From contig OX597818.1 of the NCBI GenBank assembly GCA_951406725.2, positions 95,108,001 to 95,172,000 on the forward strand: a stretch of DNA of 64,000 nt. The letters run 5' to 3'. The position numbers and the translations under genes are program-made. This stretch comes from Octopus vulgaris. Its lineage: Eukaryota. The notes under the pieces were generated by a model that was given only the letters and a program-made list of their open reading frames with translations, had not been told where the DNA came from and made no database searches. Shown one piece after another: positions 50,363 through 64,000 of the stretch (position 1 is its first letter; each line of letters starts with the position of its first letter).

Positions 50363-50756
50363 GAAGAAGAATCAGCAAAGGATTCACAACTGAAGAAGAA
50401 AATGGCTATTGTTAAATTCTATGGACAAAAATAAACTTATATAAAGTATAAAACAAACTTTTTTCAATACAAACTTTACAATTGTAAATAACATCTGAGA
50501 CATAAAACTTTATATACCAATAATCAATAAATGTTCCATTCATTCCTTACTTAGCAGATAAACATCTTAGTGTTTATACTAAAATGTTTGTTTATATAGG
50601 CACGGCTATTTGTTTAAGAAGCTTGCTTCTCAACCATGTGGCTTTGAGTTCAATCCCACTATGATGCACTTTGGTCACGTGTCTTCTATTGTAGTCCTGT
50701 GCCAATCAAAAGACTTGTGAGGGGATCTGGCAGATAGTAATTGAAAAAACCCCAGT

Positions 50757-50797
50757 ACATATATATATGTGTGTGTGTGTATGTGTGTGTATGTATG

Positions 50798-50845
<48 letters not shown>

Positions 50846-51080
50846 TACATACATACATACATATATATATATATATACATACATACATATATATATACAT
50901 ACATACATATATATATACATACATACATAAATACATATACACACATACATAAATACATATACACACATACATATATACATACATACATACACACATACAT
51001 ACATACACACATACATACACACACATACACACATGCATACACACACACACACACACACATACATACATACATACATACAT
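50757..51080. repeat. compound (TA)n/(CATA)n/(CA)n microsatellite
   Basis: direct inspection. Confidence 0.95.
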
Positions 51081-51789
51081 GAGGCAGTGAAATAGCAGAA
51101 TCATTAGAGCATCAAACAAAATGCTTTGTGGAAATTCTTCTGGCCTTTGTACATTCTGAGTTCAAATCCTGCCAAGGTCAAATTTGCCTGTCACCCCCAC
51201 CCCCACCCTACCCCCCAGTTTGATAAAATAAAGTACAAACCAAAAATCTGAGTTGATAGTAGTACGGTTGGGTAAGTGGATGGATGGACAGACAAATAGA
51301 ATAAAATGCAAAAAAGCATAAATTCCCTGATATGTCATAATTTAATTACTTTCAACAGCTGTTTCATGAGAAACTGATGTAATTAATTCTATAATTACAT
51401 AATTAAGATACATTATTAATGAAAATTAAATTAGTTTAAAGCAATGCTAATCATAAATCATCAAAAACACTAGTGATTATGCTTTCGTACTTTATTCTTC
51501 TAAATATATGTTGCTTTTATGGATTGTTTTAGCTGATTATATTTATAAATATGAGATTCTCCCACCCCATCTACTGCCATGTTATAACATATTGAAGTTT
51601 AATGACTTGTGATTAACTGAGCTTTTAATTACCATGGAAATTAATTTTTTCATTTCTTATGAAACATCTCTTTTTAATGGATATACATATACATACACAC
51701 AAAGACATAATACACATATAGATAGACTAGCTTAAGGTGACCCGCTCTACGCGTGGGTAAGAGTGTGGTTGTTATTTTCTGTTGCATCC

Positions 51790-52034
51790 TTTCGGCACGT
51801 AAAAAGCACCATCCGAACGTGGCCGCTGCCAGTGCCCCTCCCCCCCGTGGCACGATAAAAGCACCCACTACAATCACAGAGTGGTTGGCGTTAGGAAGGG
51901 CATCCAGCTGTAGAAACACTGTCAGATCAGACTGGAGCCTGGTGCAGCCTCCTGGCTTCCCAGACCCCGGTCAAACCATCCAACCCATGCTAGCACGGAA
52001 AACGGACGTTAAACGATGATGATGATGATGATGA
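51790..52034 (+). mobile_element. RTE-associated 3' module with (GAT)n tail
   Basis: ggcacgtaaaaagcacc...aggaagggcatccagctgtagaaac...ggacgttaaac(gat)n. Confidence 0.85.
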
Positions 52035-53307
52035 TTCTCCCTGTTTGTTTCTCTCTCCTTTCTCTCTCCCTTTCCCACTCTCTTTTCCTTTCTCTCGGAC
52101 ACTCCCTTGCTTTCTCTTACTCTCTATCTTTCTCTATCTATCTCTCTCCCATTTATAAACGACAAAAGATCTTGAGTAAGTTGAGAAAGAAAGTAGTTTG
52201 AAAGATCAATCATAAATATCAGGCAGTGACAACGGAAAGGTCTGCTTCAAGGCAGAAAGCAAAACATTTAAAAGGGACAGACGAACTTGCAAGCTGAATA
52301 AAAATAAAAAAATATTGGAAACCAAAGTTTGAAAGGATAGAATCTGAGGATAGTAGAATCACCATGGCTGACATTTCTTAACGATGGACAGTAACATAGT
52401 GGCAGTTTAACGGCTGGCGTAAAAATTTGAACTTGATGTGAAAGAAAATTCATAAACACCAAGCTTTGAAGTGATTCTTTCTCACGACAGTAGACTCACC
52501 ATGGCAAGCATTATGTGTGTGTGTGTGTATGCATTATATATACAAATGTATACAAATAAATTAAATTAGAGATAAAACCACTATTAGGCAAATGAAACAG
52601 TGAAAAACATAAACGAAAACAAAGAAATAAAAATATAATATACAAAATATATAAAATATAAAATTTAAAAATTTGAATTATTTAAATTTAAAATGAAAAT
52701 TATTAATTTATATTTATAATTTTTTTTAAAAATATATATAACTATCAAAAAGTATTAAAAAGTTTAATATACATATTTATATATAGAACACACACACACA
52801 CACACACACATATAAATTAACCCAATAAATATCTGATTCATAATATTTGTTCTCATGATTGAGTGGCGGTGGTGGTGGCGATGATAATTCTGTTTATGAA
52901 TGCAGACAGATGTAGAGAGAAAGAGAAAGTGTGAAAGCGCTGTCGAAGGCGGGGAGGAGGGGGAGATACAGAACGCTCTTTGACAACGTTATAAAGAGAA
53001 AGTGAAGGGGAGTTAGACGCTGTTAAACAACGTTATATATAGAAAGTGATGGGAAGGGAGGAAAGAGAATGAGTGACAGAGGAAGACAGATACATTAAAG
53101 AATGAGAGTAGACTTGTCAAAGTGAGTTTTTGGCCCTAACAACGACACCTTTTAAGATGGGAATTTCTAACCTAGCCCACTCTCATCCTCACCTCATTTT
53201 ACATGTCCCTGTAAATTTTGGAGTCAATCCAACGGGATCTAGTGGCCTTTAACCCGTTCTAATGCCAAAAACCAGACAAACAAATTTTTCGCATTTCAGT
53301 TTTATAA

Positions 53308-53747
<440 letters not shown>

Positions 53748-54103
53748 GTTTGCAGGCAGCTGATAATATTTTCTGTATTTTGAATCTGTCTTATAAAATT
53801 GTATTATTGAAATTACTGATTTTACTTCATTGCTTTCTACTATAATCCCAGACCAATCAAAACCTTGTAAGTGGATTTGCCAGGCAGAAACTGAAAGAAG
53901 CCTGTATGTTGTAAACAAGTGTCACTGTCATACAAGCAGTTCATATTCATTCTTATGTAAAAACATCCCAACCATGATGAAATATTACTTTGTATAGAAA
54001 CAGGGAAGGGTGTGGCATCCAGCCATAGATCTACCTCAATAAATTCTGCTTCACACATGCAAGTGTTGAAAAGTGGACATTAAAACAGTGATACATGTGT
54101 GTG

Positions 54104-54161
<58 letters not shown>

Positions 54162-54349
54162 TGTCTTATATTATGTTATAATATATTATATTATATTGTA
54201 TGCACACACACACACATATATATTTAAAATGGGGAAGACCAGTTTATGGGATTACCTTAGGTTTCCCATCCATAAATGGTTTAGCTTTATGGCATATCAT
54301 CAGATCTCAAAAACCTGTTGGCCCATGACCTCTTAAAAAAAAAAAACTA

Positions 54350-54695
54350 CATGATTTTGGGTTCAGACCCAATGCACAGCATCTTATAAGCTATGGGTCA
54401 ACCAAAGCCTTGTGGGTGGTTTTGGTTGATAGAAACTGAAAGGCAGTGAGCTGGCAAAAATGTTGGCACGCCAGGCAAAATGCTTAGCGTTATTTCGTCT
54501 GCCATTACATTCTGAGTTCAAATTCCACCAAGGTCAACTTTGCTTTCATCCTTTCGGGGACAATAAATTAAATACCAGTTATGCACTGGGGTCGATGTAA
54601 TCGACTTAATCACTTTGTCTGTCCTTGTTTGTCCCCTCTATGTTTTAGCCCCTTGTGGGCAATAAAGAAATAAGAAACTGAAAGAAGCCCATCAC
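54350..54695 (+). mobile_element. SINE A (54441-54672) nested in SINE B
   Basis: 12-bp target duplication agaaactgaaag at 54431 and 54673. Confidence 0.8.
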
Positions 54696-54986
54696 ACTTT
54701 TCCCCACTCCCAATCCTGAGTCTGAGCATCTACCATTGAAAAACCCATTTAGATAGAAAATGCTGAAGACTGCCTGCAGTACATGAATTCATATCTCTTG
54801 CAGATATGACCAACATTCTACTATAGTACCAAAGGCAACCTTTCACACATTCTATCCCAAAGGAGTTTTTAATCCAAAATTTACATGTCATTATTTATAG
54901 CTTTATATGAATTTTGAGAGTCCATTCCACAAAAGAATTATTCCATGTTCTCTTGATAGTTTATAAATTTTTATGACATCAACAAT

Positions 54987-55134
<148 letters not shown>

Positions 55135-55384
55135 ATTATTTTATTCTTCTACTTATTTCAGTCATGCTGTAGCACAACCTTAAAGGGTTTTAGTCAAACA
55201 AATCGACCACAGGACTTATTCTTTGTAAGCCTAATACTTATTCTATTGGTGTCTATTGCTGAACTGCTAAGTTACGGAGACATAAACACACCAACATCAG
55301 TTATCAAGCAATAGTGGAGGGACAAACATAGACACAAAGACACACACGCATAAATATCTATATATATATATAAATATATATAAA

Positions 55385-55972
55385 ACACCTCCAAGACATC
55401 CAACTCAGCAATGATACCCCGGTCTCGCACCATTTCCACTCTACCAGTCACACTTTGCAACACCTGTCTGTGTTCAGATTGTCCTTTTGTACTTGCACAG
55501 GGACCATCCGGACTCCTGTTTTCGCCATGAACAGGGATTAATCTTCTCTCTTCGCTCCTTTGTGACACATGGATTCAACTCTCCTCCCCTCTCCTCTCAC
55601 ACCTACTTCCTCTCACCCACCTCTCCTCTCTTGCTCCAACTCCTACTTCTCTTCACTACTACTCTCTTTCTCTCTTCTCTTCACTCCTACCCACATACTC
55701 CCTTCCCCCCTTTCCTTTCATCATCACCCTTCCCTCATAACTCCACCCCTACACAATCCAACCCCAACTTCCCTATCCATCCCACTCCACCCCATCCCTT
55801 ACACCCACTCCCACATACCCCACCTCTACCCCCACCCTCAGCCTAACCCACAGCCCACCCTTGCTTTCCCCACTCTTGCCTCCACCGCATCCCAACACCA
55901 CCACACTACACCACACACACCCACACTCTACACCACCATACCACACAACACTACATCTTCTCTTCTCCATCA
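55385..55972 (+). mobile_element. second Neptune-type PLE remnant
   Basis: homologous to 47899-48440; HEQGLIFSLRSFVTHGFN. Confidence 0.75.
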
Positions 55973-56596
55973 TTAATTTTTTGTTGAGTTTATATAGGAA
56001 TGTGTTCTATAAATTCTCATAATACACCTAATACTTATATATATATATACACGATGGGCTTCTTTCAGTTTTCATCTACCAAATCAACTTCCAAGGCTTT
56101 GGTCAGCCTGAGACTATAATAGAAAACACTTGTTGAAGGTGCCATCCAGTGGGACTGAACCAGCAACCATGTAGTTGGGAAGCAAACTTCTTTCCACACA
56201 GCAATACACACACACACACATGCACTTATATATATATTCATATATATATATTTCTGTGTATGCATGTGTATGTGTGTGTATATGTATGTGTGTGTGCATG
56301 TGTGTGTGTGTCAATTACTGTCTCTTTACATTGACCTCAGGTGAAAGTCATAAATGAGTATCACCATCATGCAGGCAGTGTTCCTTGTTTCCAGTTTTCT
56401 GTAAAAAGCATGTCTGTTCTTGGGGGGAAATGCTACCTTATTCAGATGCAGGAAGGGCATCTAGTCTGGATGTAGAAAATTTGTCTTAGCAAATTTTATC
56501 TGACCCATGCAAGCATGGAAAATTGAACAAGTGGAGGTAAGTTGAATATAGTGATGACATGATGTGTGTGTGTGCGTGTGTGTGTTCGTATATGTA

Positions 56597-56814
56597 TTCT
56601 TTTAGTCTTTTATTTGTTTCAGTCATTTGATTGTGGCCATGCAGGAGCACCGCCTTTAGTCAAACAAATCGAACACAGGACTCATTCTTTGTAAACTTAG
56701 AACTTATTCAATTGGTCTCTTTTGCCAAACTGCTAAGTTACAGGTACTTAAACACACTAGCATCAGTTGTTAAGCGATGGTGGGAACACAAACACAGACA
56801 TACATACACACACA

Positions 56815-56875
<61 letters not shown>

Positions 56876-57075
56876 ACACACACATACAGACACACACACA
56901 CACACGCACACTTATATGACAGCCTTCTTTCAGTTTCCGTCTACCAAATCCACTCACAAGGCTTTGGTTGGCCTGAGGATATAGTAGAAGACATTTGCAG
57001 AAGGTGCCACACAGTGGGCACCCAGAACCAAGTGGTTGGTAAGCAAGCTACTTACCACACAGTCACTCCTGCACC
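56597..57075 (-). mobile_element. SINE family B with expanded internal (CA)n
   Basis: reverse complement of 31108-31520. Confidence 0.88.
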
Positions 57076-57111
57076 TATATATATATATATACATGCATGT
57101 ATATAAACATG

Positions 57112-57154
<43 letters not shown>

Positions 57155-57183
57155 AAAGGTTTGGAGATGATATACAGGTATTT

Positions 57184-57290
57184 TATATTAGAAGAAATGA
57201 GGTACTCAGAAAATCAGATGGTTTATATTTACAGATGATCTGTAAATATAAACCATCCAATTTTCTGAGTACCTCATTTCTTCTAACATA
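57184..57290. repeat. near-perfect ~105-bp palindrome
   Basis: ttagaagaaatgaggtactcagaaaat..atggtttatatttacagat / atctgtaaatataaaccat..attttctgagtacctcatttcttctaa. Confidence 0.9.
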
Positions 57291-57524
57291 TATATATATA
57301 TATCATCATCATCATATATATATATATATGCATATATGTATTTGTATGTATATGTGTGTGCGTGAATGTGTGTGTGTATGCGTGTGTGTGTGTCCATAAA
57401 AATATAGAGAGATCTATTTATCTATATCATTAGCAGCAGCAACTGGAGCAGCATCATTTAAATGGACATTAAATGATGATGATGATGATGATATAGATAA
57501 ACAGATTGACTAATGCATAGCTAC

Positions 57525-57568
<44 letters not shown>

Positions 57569-58161
57569 AGAGAGAGAGAGAGATGTAAGGAATTTCATTC
57601 TTGACAATTCATTAAAAGTTTGCAACTGAGTGGAGAGTCATTTACAGTCAAAAAATATCCAAACAAATTTTTCTTACATTTTCATTGTTTTTGTACATAT
57701 CAGTTAAAACTGAAAGGAAGTAGAGAACAACAGCAGCAACAACAACAACTATAGAAATAATAACACAAACAACAAAAGCAAAGACGATGACTCCATGAAC
57801 ACAAAATAAAGACAGAGCCCTATAGTCTCTGCACCTGCTTGAAATAGCAGCTAAATATCACTCAGATTCACAATCAAGTATGTTAACAAGAGAAAGGTTC
57901 AATGGACAATACGGCCCCTTGATTTACAGAAAGATGATGGGGTTTGATAAACAAATGTATCTCTGAGAAAGAAACAGAGAAAGAGAGAGAGAGAGAGAAA
58001 GCAAGTTCTACTCACAAGACAGACAAAACAGCTCTGGTGATGTCTTAGTCACACAGACAAACAGACTGACTAACAGTAGTAGCTATGTGATTGATACGTG
58101 GAGCTGATCAGTATAGCTGACCAAATGAAACAGCTGTTGCATTGAGGAGGATCAATGTTTC

Positions 58162-58615
58162 GTGGTGGTGGTGGCGGTGGCAGTGGTGGTGTGGCAGTGG
58201 TGGTGTGGCAGTGGTGGTGTGGCAGTGGTGGTGTGGCAGTGGTGGTGTGGCAGTGGTGGTGTGGCAGTGGTGGTGTGGCGGTGGTTGTAGTCGTAGTCGT
58301 TGTGGTGATGGCAGTGGTGGTTGTAGTGTTTATAGTTGTGTTGGCTGTAGTGATTGTGGATGTATTATTTGCAGTGGTGCTTACCATATCATTGTAGCAA
58401 TGGTGGTGACGGTGACAGCAGTGGTGGTGGTGGTGGGGACGGTGGCAGCAGTGGTGGCGGCGGTGGTGGTGGTGGTGGTGGTGGTGGTGGTGAAGGTGGT
58501 GACGGTGGCAGCAGTGGTGTTGGTGGTGGTGGTGAAGGTGGTGACGGTGGCATCAGTGGTGGTGGCGGTGGTGGTGGTGATGGTGGTGATGGCTGTGAAA
58601 GTAGGTAATGGTGGC
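58162..58615. repeat. (GGT)n-derived repeat including a 15-bp unit gtggcagtggtggt(gt)
   Basis: direct inspection. Confidence 0.9.
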
Positions 58616-59414
58616 AAAATAATAATGAATGATGCAATGGTATATTTATATCATTTTATAATGTCTATTAATATTATTACATAACATGTAGACATGTATA
58701 TAATGCTGCAATTAGTTTTATTTGTTGTTTTAGTTGGTGTTATTGTTTAACCATAAGTCAACACTCATTGAGCAAACTCATTATCAAAGGCAACCCAATT
58801 CTGACCATTTCATTTGTTTAGGTGCATCAGGGACTAACTTTATTTAGATATTTAAGGTAGGGATAATCAAAACACTAATCAGGAAAAAAATTATGCTGGG
58901 GAAGAAAGCCACTAAGGGAGATAACTCCAGCAATATTCCAGTCTTATTAGATATCCTCAGCAAAATATAAGCTTTACCATATTGATTACTGAAGTAAAGA
59001 TGTGATTATTATTAAGTAAATGTACAAGAATGTATGCTTGTAGATGTAGAAAAAGAAAATATTCAGAGAATAAATTACTCACTGATGCCATACGGATTAA
59101 AGACATTATAGTTAAGTTGATTTTAACATATTTAATGTACAGATGATCAAAAATCAAGCACAGGAAAAACAATGCAATGATAAAAAAATTTAAGTTATTG
59201 ATTATATCATTTTGAGTCTTCCAGCAAATATGGGAGATAATTTTGGATATGTTTTGATTTTATTTGATGTTCCCTAATATGTTCTTATGCTATTTTCTTT
59301 TTTAAGTTGCTAGAATGGGAATTGAGAGAAGTTTTAATTGTTATTTCCAGCAGATTGAATGAACATGCAGAAGGTCCTTGGTCCTTTGGGGATATCCTCA
59401 TGTTGAAATAGCAG

Positions 59415-59480
<66 letters not shown>

Positions 59481-59481
<1 letters not shown>

Positions 59482-59770
59482 ACTGATATATAATTATATA
59501 GATATAATTATAACTCAAGGGTATGTGTAGACACACATCAACATGCTTGAAATAGATGTTAAAAGCTCTATAAATCACCTATTATTTTACTCTGTTAAGT
59601 GGCTTGTAGAGCTTTTAGTATCTATTTCAAGCATGTTGGTGCATGTCTACACCTACCCTTGTGCTATAATTCTATCTATATAATTCTATATCAGTATAAA
59701 TATTTCCCTGGATGGAGTTAACATGCTAGCCACTTGATAGAATCCTTAAATAGTTTTATCCTTAATTAAT
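59481..59770 (+). mobile_element. non-coding fold-back element (about 90-bp arms) between microsatellites
   Basis: 59481-59572 vs 59605-59697 inverted; atgctagccacttgata...ttttatcct end. Confidence 0.6.
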
Positions 59771-59800
59771 TAATTAATTTATTTATGATATATATGAAGA

Positions 59801-59855
<55 letters not shown>

Positions 59856-60125
59856 TATATATATTAAAATTATTAAAATTACAATTTAGGGTATCTAAGA
59901 GATACCACCATGCCGGAAATAGCAGCCAAAACTTGACTCTAAAACCACATTAAATGTTCATCGGCATTTAAATAACGATCTTATCCTTATATATATATAT
60001 ATGAGTAGACAAATGAAAGAAAGGGCACGCAACACATTTATTGGGAGTTACATGTATTGTTCAAAATAGTTTGATTCAGATTCTATGCTACTTCACGTCA
60101 GGTTAGTCAGAATTTGAATTCTAAC

Positions 60126-60172
60126 CAGCCTGATGAGAGGTTCAGTTAGGGTCTTCAAAACTTGAAGTAGCA
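60126..60172 (+). ncRNA. degenerate hammerhead motif inside fold-back 60056-60202
   Basis: GC-CUGAUGA-GAGG..CUUC-aAAA-CUUGAAG-UA-GC; G12A; arms attgttcaaaatagtttgatt / aatcaagctgttttgaacaat. Confidence 0.5.
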
Positions 60173-60224
60173 CAGAGTCCAAATCAAGCTGTTTTGAACA
60201 ATCTACTACATATGTGGGAAATTC

Positions 60225-60375
60225 TGTCTGTGGAGTTGTTAGCTAACTCCTCCTACATTATTTTATCGATTTTGATGAAACTTGACACACAAGTAGAACT
60301 CATGTCTGGAAACCTCATACCATACTCAGATTGTTGAAAAAAAAAAATCGATAATACGGCCCCTGGAAGGGATCC
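60225..60375 (+). mobile_element. possible Helentron-associated (DINE-1/HINE-like) fragment
   Basis: tgtctgt...taactcctcct...cgattttgatgaaacttgacacac motif. Confidence 0.35.
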
Positions 60376-60684
60376 TTATATATATATATATATATATCTA
60401 ATTATTTCATTTTAACAGCCAAGGGAAATAACCAATCACCCAGATTTTAACATGAACGCACACACACATATATATAAATACTGTCACCAACATACATATA
60501 TTTGTACATTTATATAGACACATTCTAAGACACATACATATGTATATACATACATACATACATACATACATACTACTGATGATGCCTCTTGATTCTTAGC
60601 GTGAAGTCAAAAATCAATTGAAGCAAGAATTTTAGATAGATAGATATAAAATATATACATATATGAAATATATACATATTCATA

Positions 60685-61977
60685 CAGGGGTGTATGAAAA
60701 GTTTTGGGCCTAACCTAGAAACGGGGCTGCTATATAGCTGAAACAATTTTTTCTAGTAAGTACAGTCTTTTCAAGGTATTCTTGCTCACTTTCATTATTC
60801 TGATACTTTAATTTTTTTTTGTTGCAGATTTTTGAATAAACAAGCTTCGAATTTACAAGGAAAATGGAGAAAACTGAGTATCTTGCTGTCATAAAGTACC
60901 TTCATTTGAAAGGCATGACTCCATCAGAAATCCATGAAGATATGGTAAGAACCTTAACAGACAATGCTCCTTCATATGCAACAGAGAAACGCTGGGTAAA
61001 TGAATTCAAGCATGGCAGGGAGAGTGTAATAGATTATCCAAGACTAGGGAGACCTCCAACTGCAACCACCAAGGACACCCCTGACCCAGCTCTTGGTATG
61101 ATAATGCAAGATCGTCGAATATCATGTCCTCAGATAGCCGAGACACTGGGCATCTCAACTGAAAGAGCAGACAACATTGTAACAAAAGAACTTGGGTTCT
61201 CAAAGGTTTTTGCAAGGCGGATCCCTCGCCTTTTGACCCCTGAACAGAAACGCACCAGGTGCACTTTGTCCACAAGCAATCTGGAACTGTTTGAAACCGA
61301 TGAAGTGAATTTTCTTGCTCGTTTCATTACTATGGACGAAAGTTGGGTTCATCACTACCAGCCTGAAGCCAAAGAACAATCAAAGCAGTGGAAGAATGCA
61401 TCTTCTCCTACCCCAAAGAAGGCCAGGGTCAATTCTTCAGCTAGCAAGGTCATGGCATTGGTTTTTTTGAATTCTCAAGTTGTCTTGCTGATCGATTACC
61501 TTGAAAAGGGTCACACTGTGACAGGGCTGCATTATTCTCAGCTACTGAAACACCTCCGACAAGCAATCAAAGAAAAAAAGCCGGGAATGCTCACCAGAGG
61601 AGTCTTTTTTCATCACGACAATGCTCCAGCCCACACCTCAGTGGTTGCCATGGCAATAATTTGTGATTGTGGATATGAACTTGTTCCCCATCTGCCTTAT
61701 TCGCCAGACTTAGCTCCCTCTGACTTTCATATTTTCCCAAAAATGAAAAAAGCCCTGGCTGTTCACCATTTTGCCAGTGACAATGACATCATAGATGCTG
61801 TAGGTAGTTTCTTGGAGTCTCAAACAAAAGAGTTCTTCTGTGCCTGGATAATGGCGCTTCTGCATCGCTGGCGAAAGTGTTCAGCCATCCAGGGGGACTA
61901 TGTTGAAAAATACATCATCAGAAGTTTCGTACCATGTTGTGATTTTTTGAGGTTCAAGACTTTTCATACACCCCTCC
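60685..61977 (+). mobile_element. full-length mariner element (Himar1/irritans-like)
   Basis: TA-flanked TIRs aggggtgtatgaaaagttttgggcct / aggttcaagacttttcatacacccct; about 1.3 kb. Confidence 0.95.
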
Positions 61978-61994
61978 TATGTACATATGTATAG
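60864..61994 (+). CDS. mariner transposase, DD34D triad intact; natural stop after GDYVEK lost
   Basis: ITMDESWVHHY, HHDNAPAH, YSPDLAPSDF with 34 residues between D2 and D3; WVPxxL motif reads RIPRLL. Confidence 0.85.
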   Translation: MEKTEYLAVIKYLHLKGMTPSEIHEDMVRTLTDNAPSYATEKRWVNEFKHGRESVIDYPRLGRPPTATTKDTPDPALGMIMQDRRISCPQIAETLGISTERADNIVTKELGFSKVFARRIPRLLTPEQKRTRCTLSTSNLELFETDEVNFLARFITMDESWVHHYQPEAKEQSKQWKNASSPTPKKARVNSSASKVMALVFLNSQVVLLIDYLEKGHTVTGLHYSQLLKHLRQAIKEKKPGMLTRGVFFHHDNAPAHTSVVAMAIICDCGYELVPHLPYSPDLAPSDFHIFPKMKKALAVHHFASDNDIIDAVGSFLESQTKEFFCAWIMALLHRWRKCSAIQGDYVEKYIIRSFVPCCDFLRFKTFHTPLLCTYV

Positions 61995-61996
61995 AG

Positions 61997-62054
61997 TTTG
62001 GCAGATGAGAAATCAGGCATCTATTTGGCGCTAAATTTCGAAACCGGTACCAAG
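61997..62054 (+). ncRNA. minimal hammerhead ribozyme motif with a single core change
   Basis: UUGG-CaGAUGA-GAAAU..AUUUC-GAAA-CCGG-UA-CCAA; all three stems pair, palindromic stem III, U4A substitution. Confidence 0.7.
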
Positions 62055-63241
62055 TTGATCAGTATTTATTTGTTCTGACCCAGTAGAGGTAAGACGTTAT
62101 TATTGTTCACTGATATTTTTTCCTGTCATGTCTGTAATAGTTTTGTGACTATTCGGTGGTACAGAAGTAATTTTGACCCCTATTTTTTCAGCGATGTAGG
62201 GGCTCCTCTAGTGCTCTTGTGTATATATGTATATATCTAATATTGTATGTATATATTTTAGTAATTTGCCTGTACGGCTGATAATTCGCTTGCCACTCGT
62301 GGGGGTATTTTATCAATACCATCCCTATATATATTTATATTAAGGTATATATATATATAAAGAAGGTTGTTTGTAATAACCGGTCAGAGAGTGACCATTG
62401 GTTTGGTGCCTATAAAACGCTTAGCTCTATGAGTAGCGTGCTGGTCAGTTAGTTTTGTAAACAAAAAATATCCAGAACGAGATTACATTGGCAAGCCTAT
62501 GGGTGGAGCAATGTTATCTCCCTTACATCGGTTCATGTCGACTTGCCCCTCTCCCGCAACATTCCAGGCTTTATGGCTGCAGTAGAAAGTAATATTAGAT
62601 CTTTTCACACACAGTTCCACATAGCTCTGCTTAGGACAGTAACATGTTGGCATACCTACATCTAATATGTATGGATTCCAACACATCAAGATATCACAAG
62701 CTGAGAGTAATTATTTAGAATGGGAAGTACTTTAGACTGCTGTTTCCCGAGGTATCACTACAATTTGGGGTGTAAAATAGACACAAAGTTTTATATTCTT
62801 ATAGATCAAATCAACCTCTATATTTGATTGGTGTCTATCTTATTTGCTCTGAAAAAATAAAAGCAGAAATTGAAAAAGATATTTGCCAAATTGGCAGCTG
62901 CATCTTCACTCATTTTATGGGTCTCAATCTTACGCTTTTAATGAAAATATTCATGTAAGGGAAACAACTCTTAGAGTTACTTCCCTTGCTCTTGTATTTT
63001 ATGCTACCTAAAGAATTCTCCTTATTTTCATGCTCTTTCCTACTTACACATACATGTAGTCGAGTCATTGAGACGAGTTCAATTTGGCCACTCGAGCTGC
63101 TAGATATACAAACCAATTTTCACTCAAATGCAGTCTGCTGGCTCAAATAAAGGATACAGATAAAACATTGTCTTATACATTTTATCAAATTAAATACGGT
63201 ACGTCTCCGAGGGAATGTATTTGATCATAGGTCAGCTGAAT

Positions 63242-63378
63242 CATACATACATATATACATACATACATATATGTATGCATGCATACATACATGCATACAT
63301 ACATGCATGCATACATACATACATGCATATATGCATACATACATACATACATACATACATACATACATACATACATAC
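63242..63378. repeat. (CATA)n microsatellite
   Basis: direct inspection. Confidence 0.95.
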
Positions 63379-64000
63379 AATCTGACAACAGGAAATATCA
63401 ACCAAATACCTGATACACAAAAGGGAGAGATATGCAGGTGTAGTGAAAACGACCGTACGTAAGGAGCTGGTGACAGAAAGGTCTCCTTTTTAAACGCCGC
63501 GCGGTCGTCCCACAAAAGAAGATAGCCACAATACATGGTATAAAGGAATAAGTGCCAAAAGGAATAATGAGGACGACAACCGGTATACTGTTTGAGAGAA
63601 AGAAGACTTTATTTACAGATGTGTACAATAAGTGCGTTTGTGAGTGCTAGCAAAGTGTAGCATCTGGGTGCGTGCATATGTGTGTCTGTGTGTCCGTTGT
63701 AAGCACAACGGTGCGTGCAACAAGTGTTTGTGTTTGTGTGTTCGACAGAAGTACAAACAAGGTGTATGCGTATGTGAGACAATACAGTACGGAGCATAGA
63801 ACGAGTCTCTCAGGATATTTTAGACAAGTTGGAGTTAATTTACCAGTTCGTAGTAAGGTTACACAATTGTAATAGTTCTGTAACCGGATGCTGGGGGTCA
63901 CAAGGCAGAATGCCGGTTGAACACATGTCGTGTAGCGATTGGGGCTTCAATGCTGTGCCAGGTTACTTGGCACAAAAAATCTCGCCGGTAGTGCTATGCT

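Noticed and set aside
51348-51470. Minus-strand hammerhead-like UUGAUGA...GAAACAGCUGUU
   Set aside because: C3 is mutated and the stem II register is poor, so it was not counted.
58070-58684. Gly-, Pro-, Thr- or Val-rich ORFs
   Set aside because: All frames are open only because of (GGT)n repeats; no complex coding sequence.

Overview
This is AT-rich eukaryotic DNA saturated with (TA)n, (CA)n, (CATA)n and (CAT)n microsatellites, tRNA-derived SINEs and RTE LINEs. That repeat complement fits a coleoid cephalopod, probably Octopus; the species call is inference. Only one host gene is supported: a 543-codon single-exon CDS on the minus strand (24528-26159) downstream of a strong splice acceptor, with unknown function. 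The rest is transposon debris: a hAT element, RTE LINEs, three R4/Dong-type restriction-endonuclease LINE remnants, CR1/L2 fragments, several Tc1/mariner elements (one with an open DD34D ORF), TTAA-flanked MITEs and Penelope-like element (PLE) remnants. The most notable signal is about 10 dispersed minimal type-I hammerhead ribozyme motifs (CUGANGA...GAAA, short often palindromic stem III, NUH). Many sit in small non-coding fold-back elements inserted in (TA)n tracts, and two keep an unmutated catalytic core (11399-11461 minus, 29155-29287 plus). Most small ORFs in the supplied track are microsatellite artefacts. Repeat boundaries were read by eye and are approximate.
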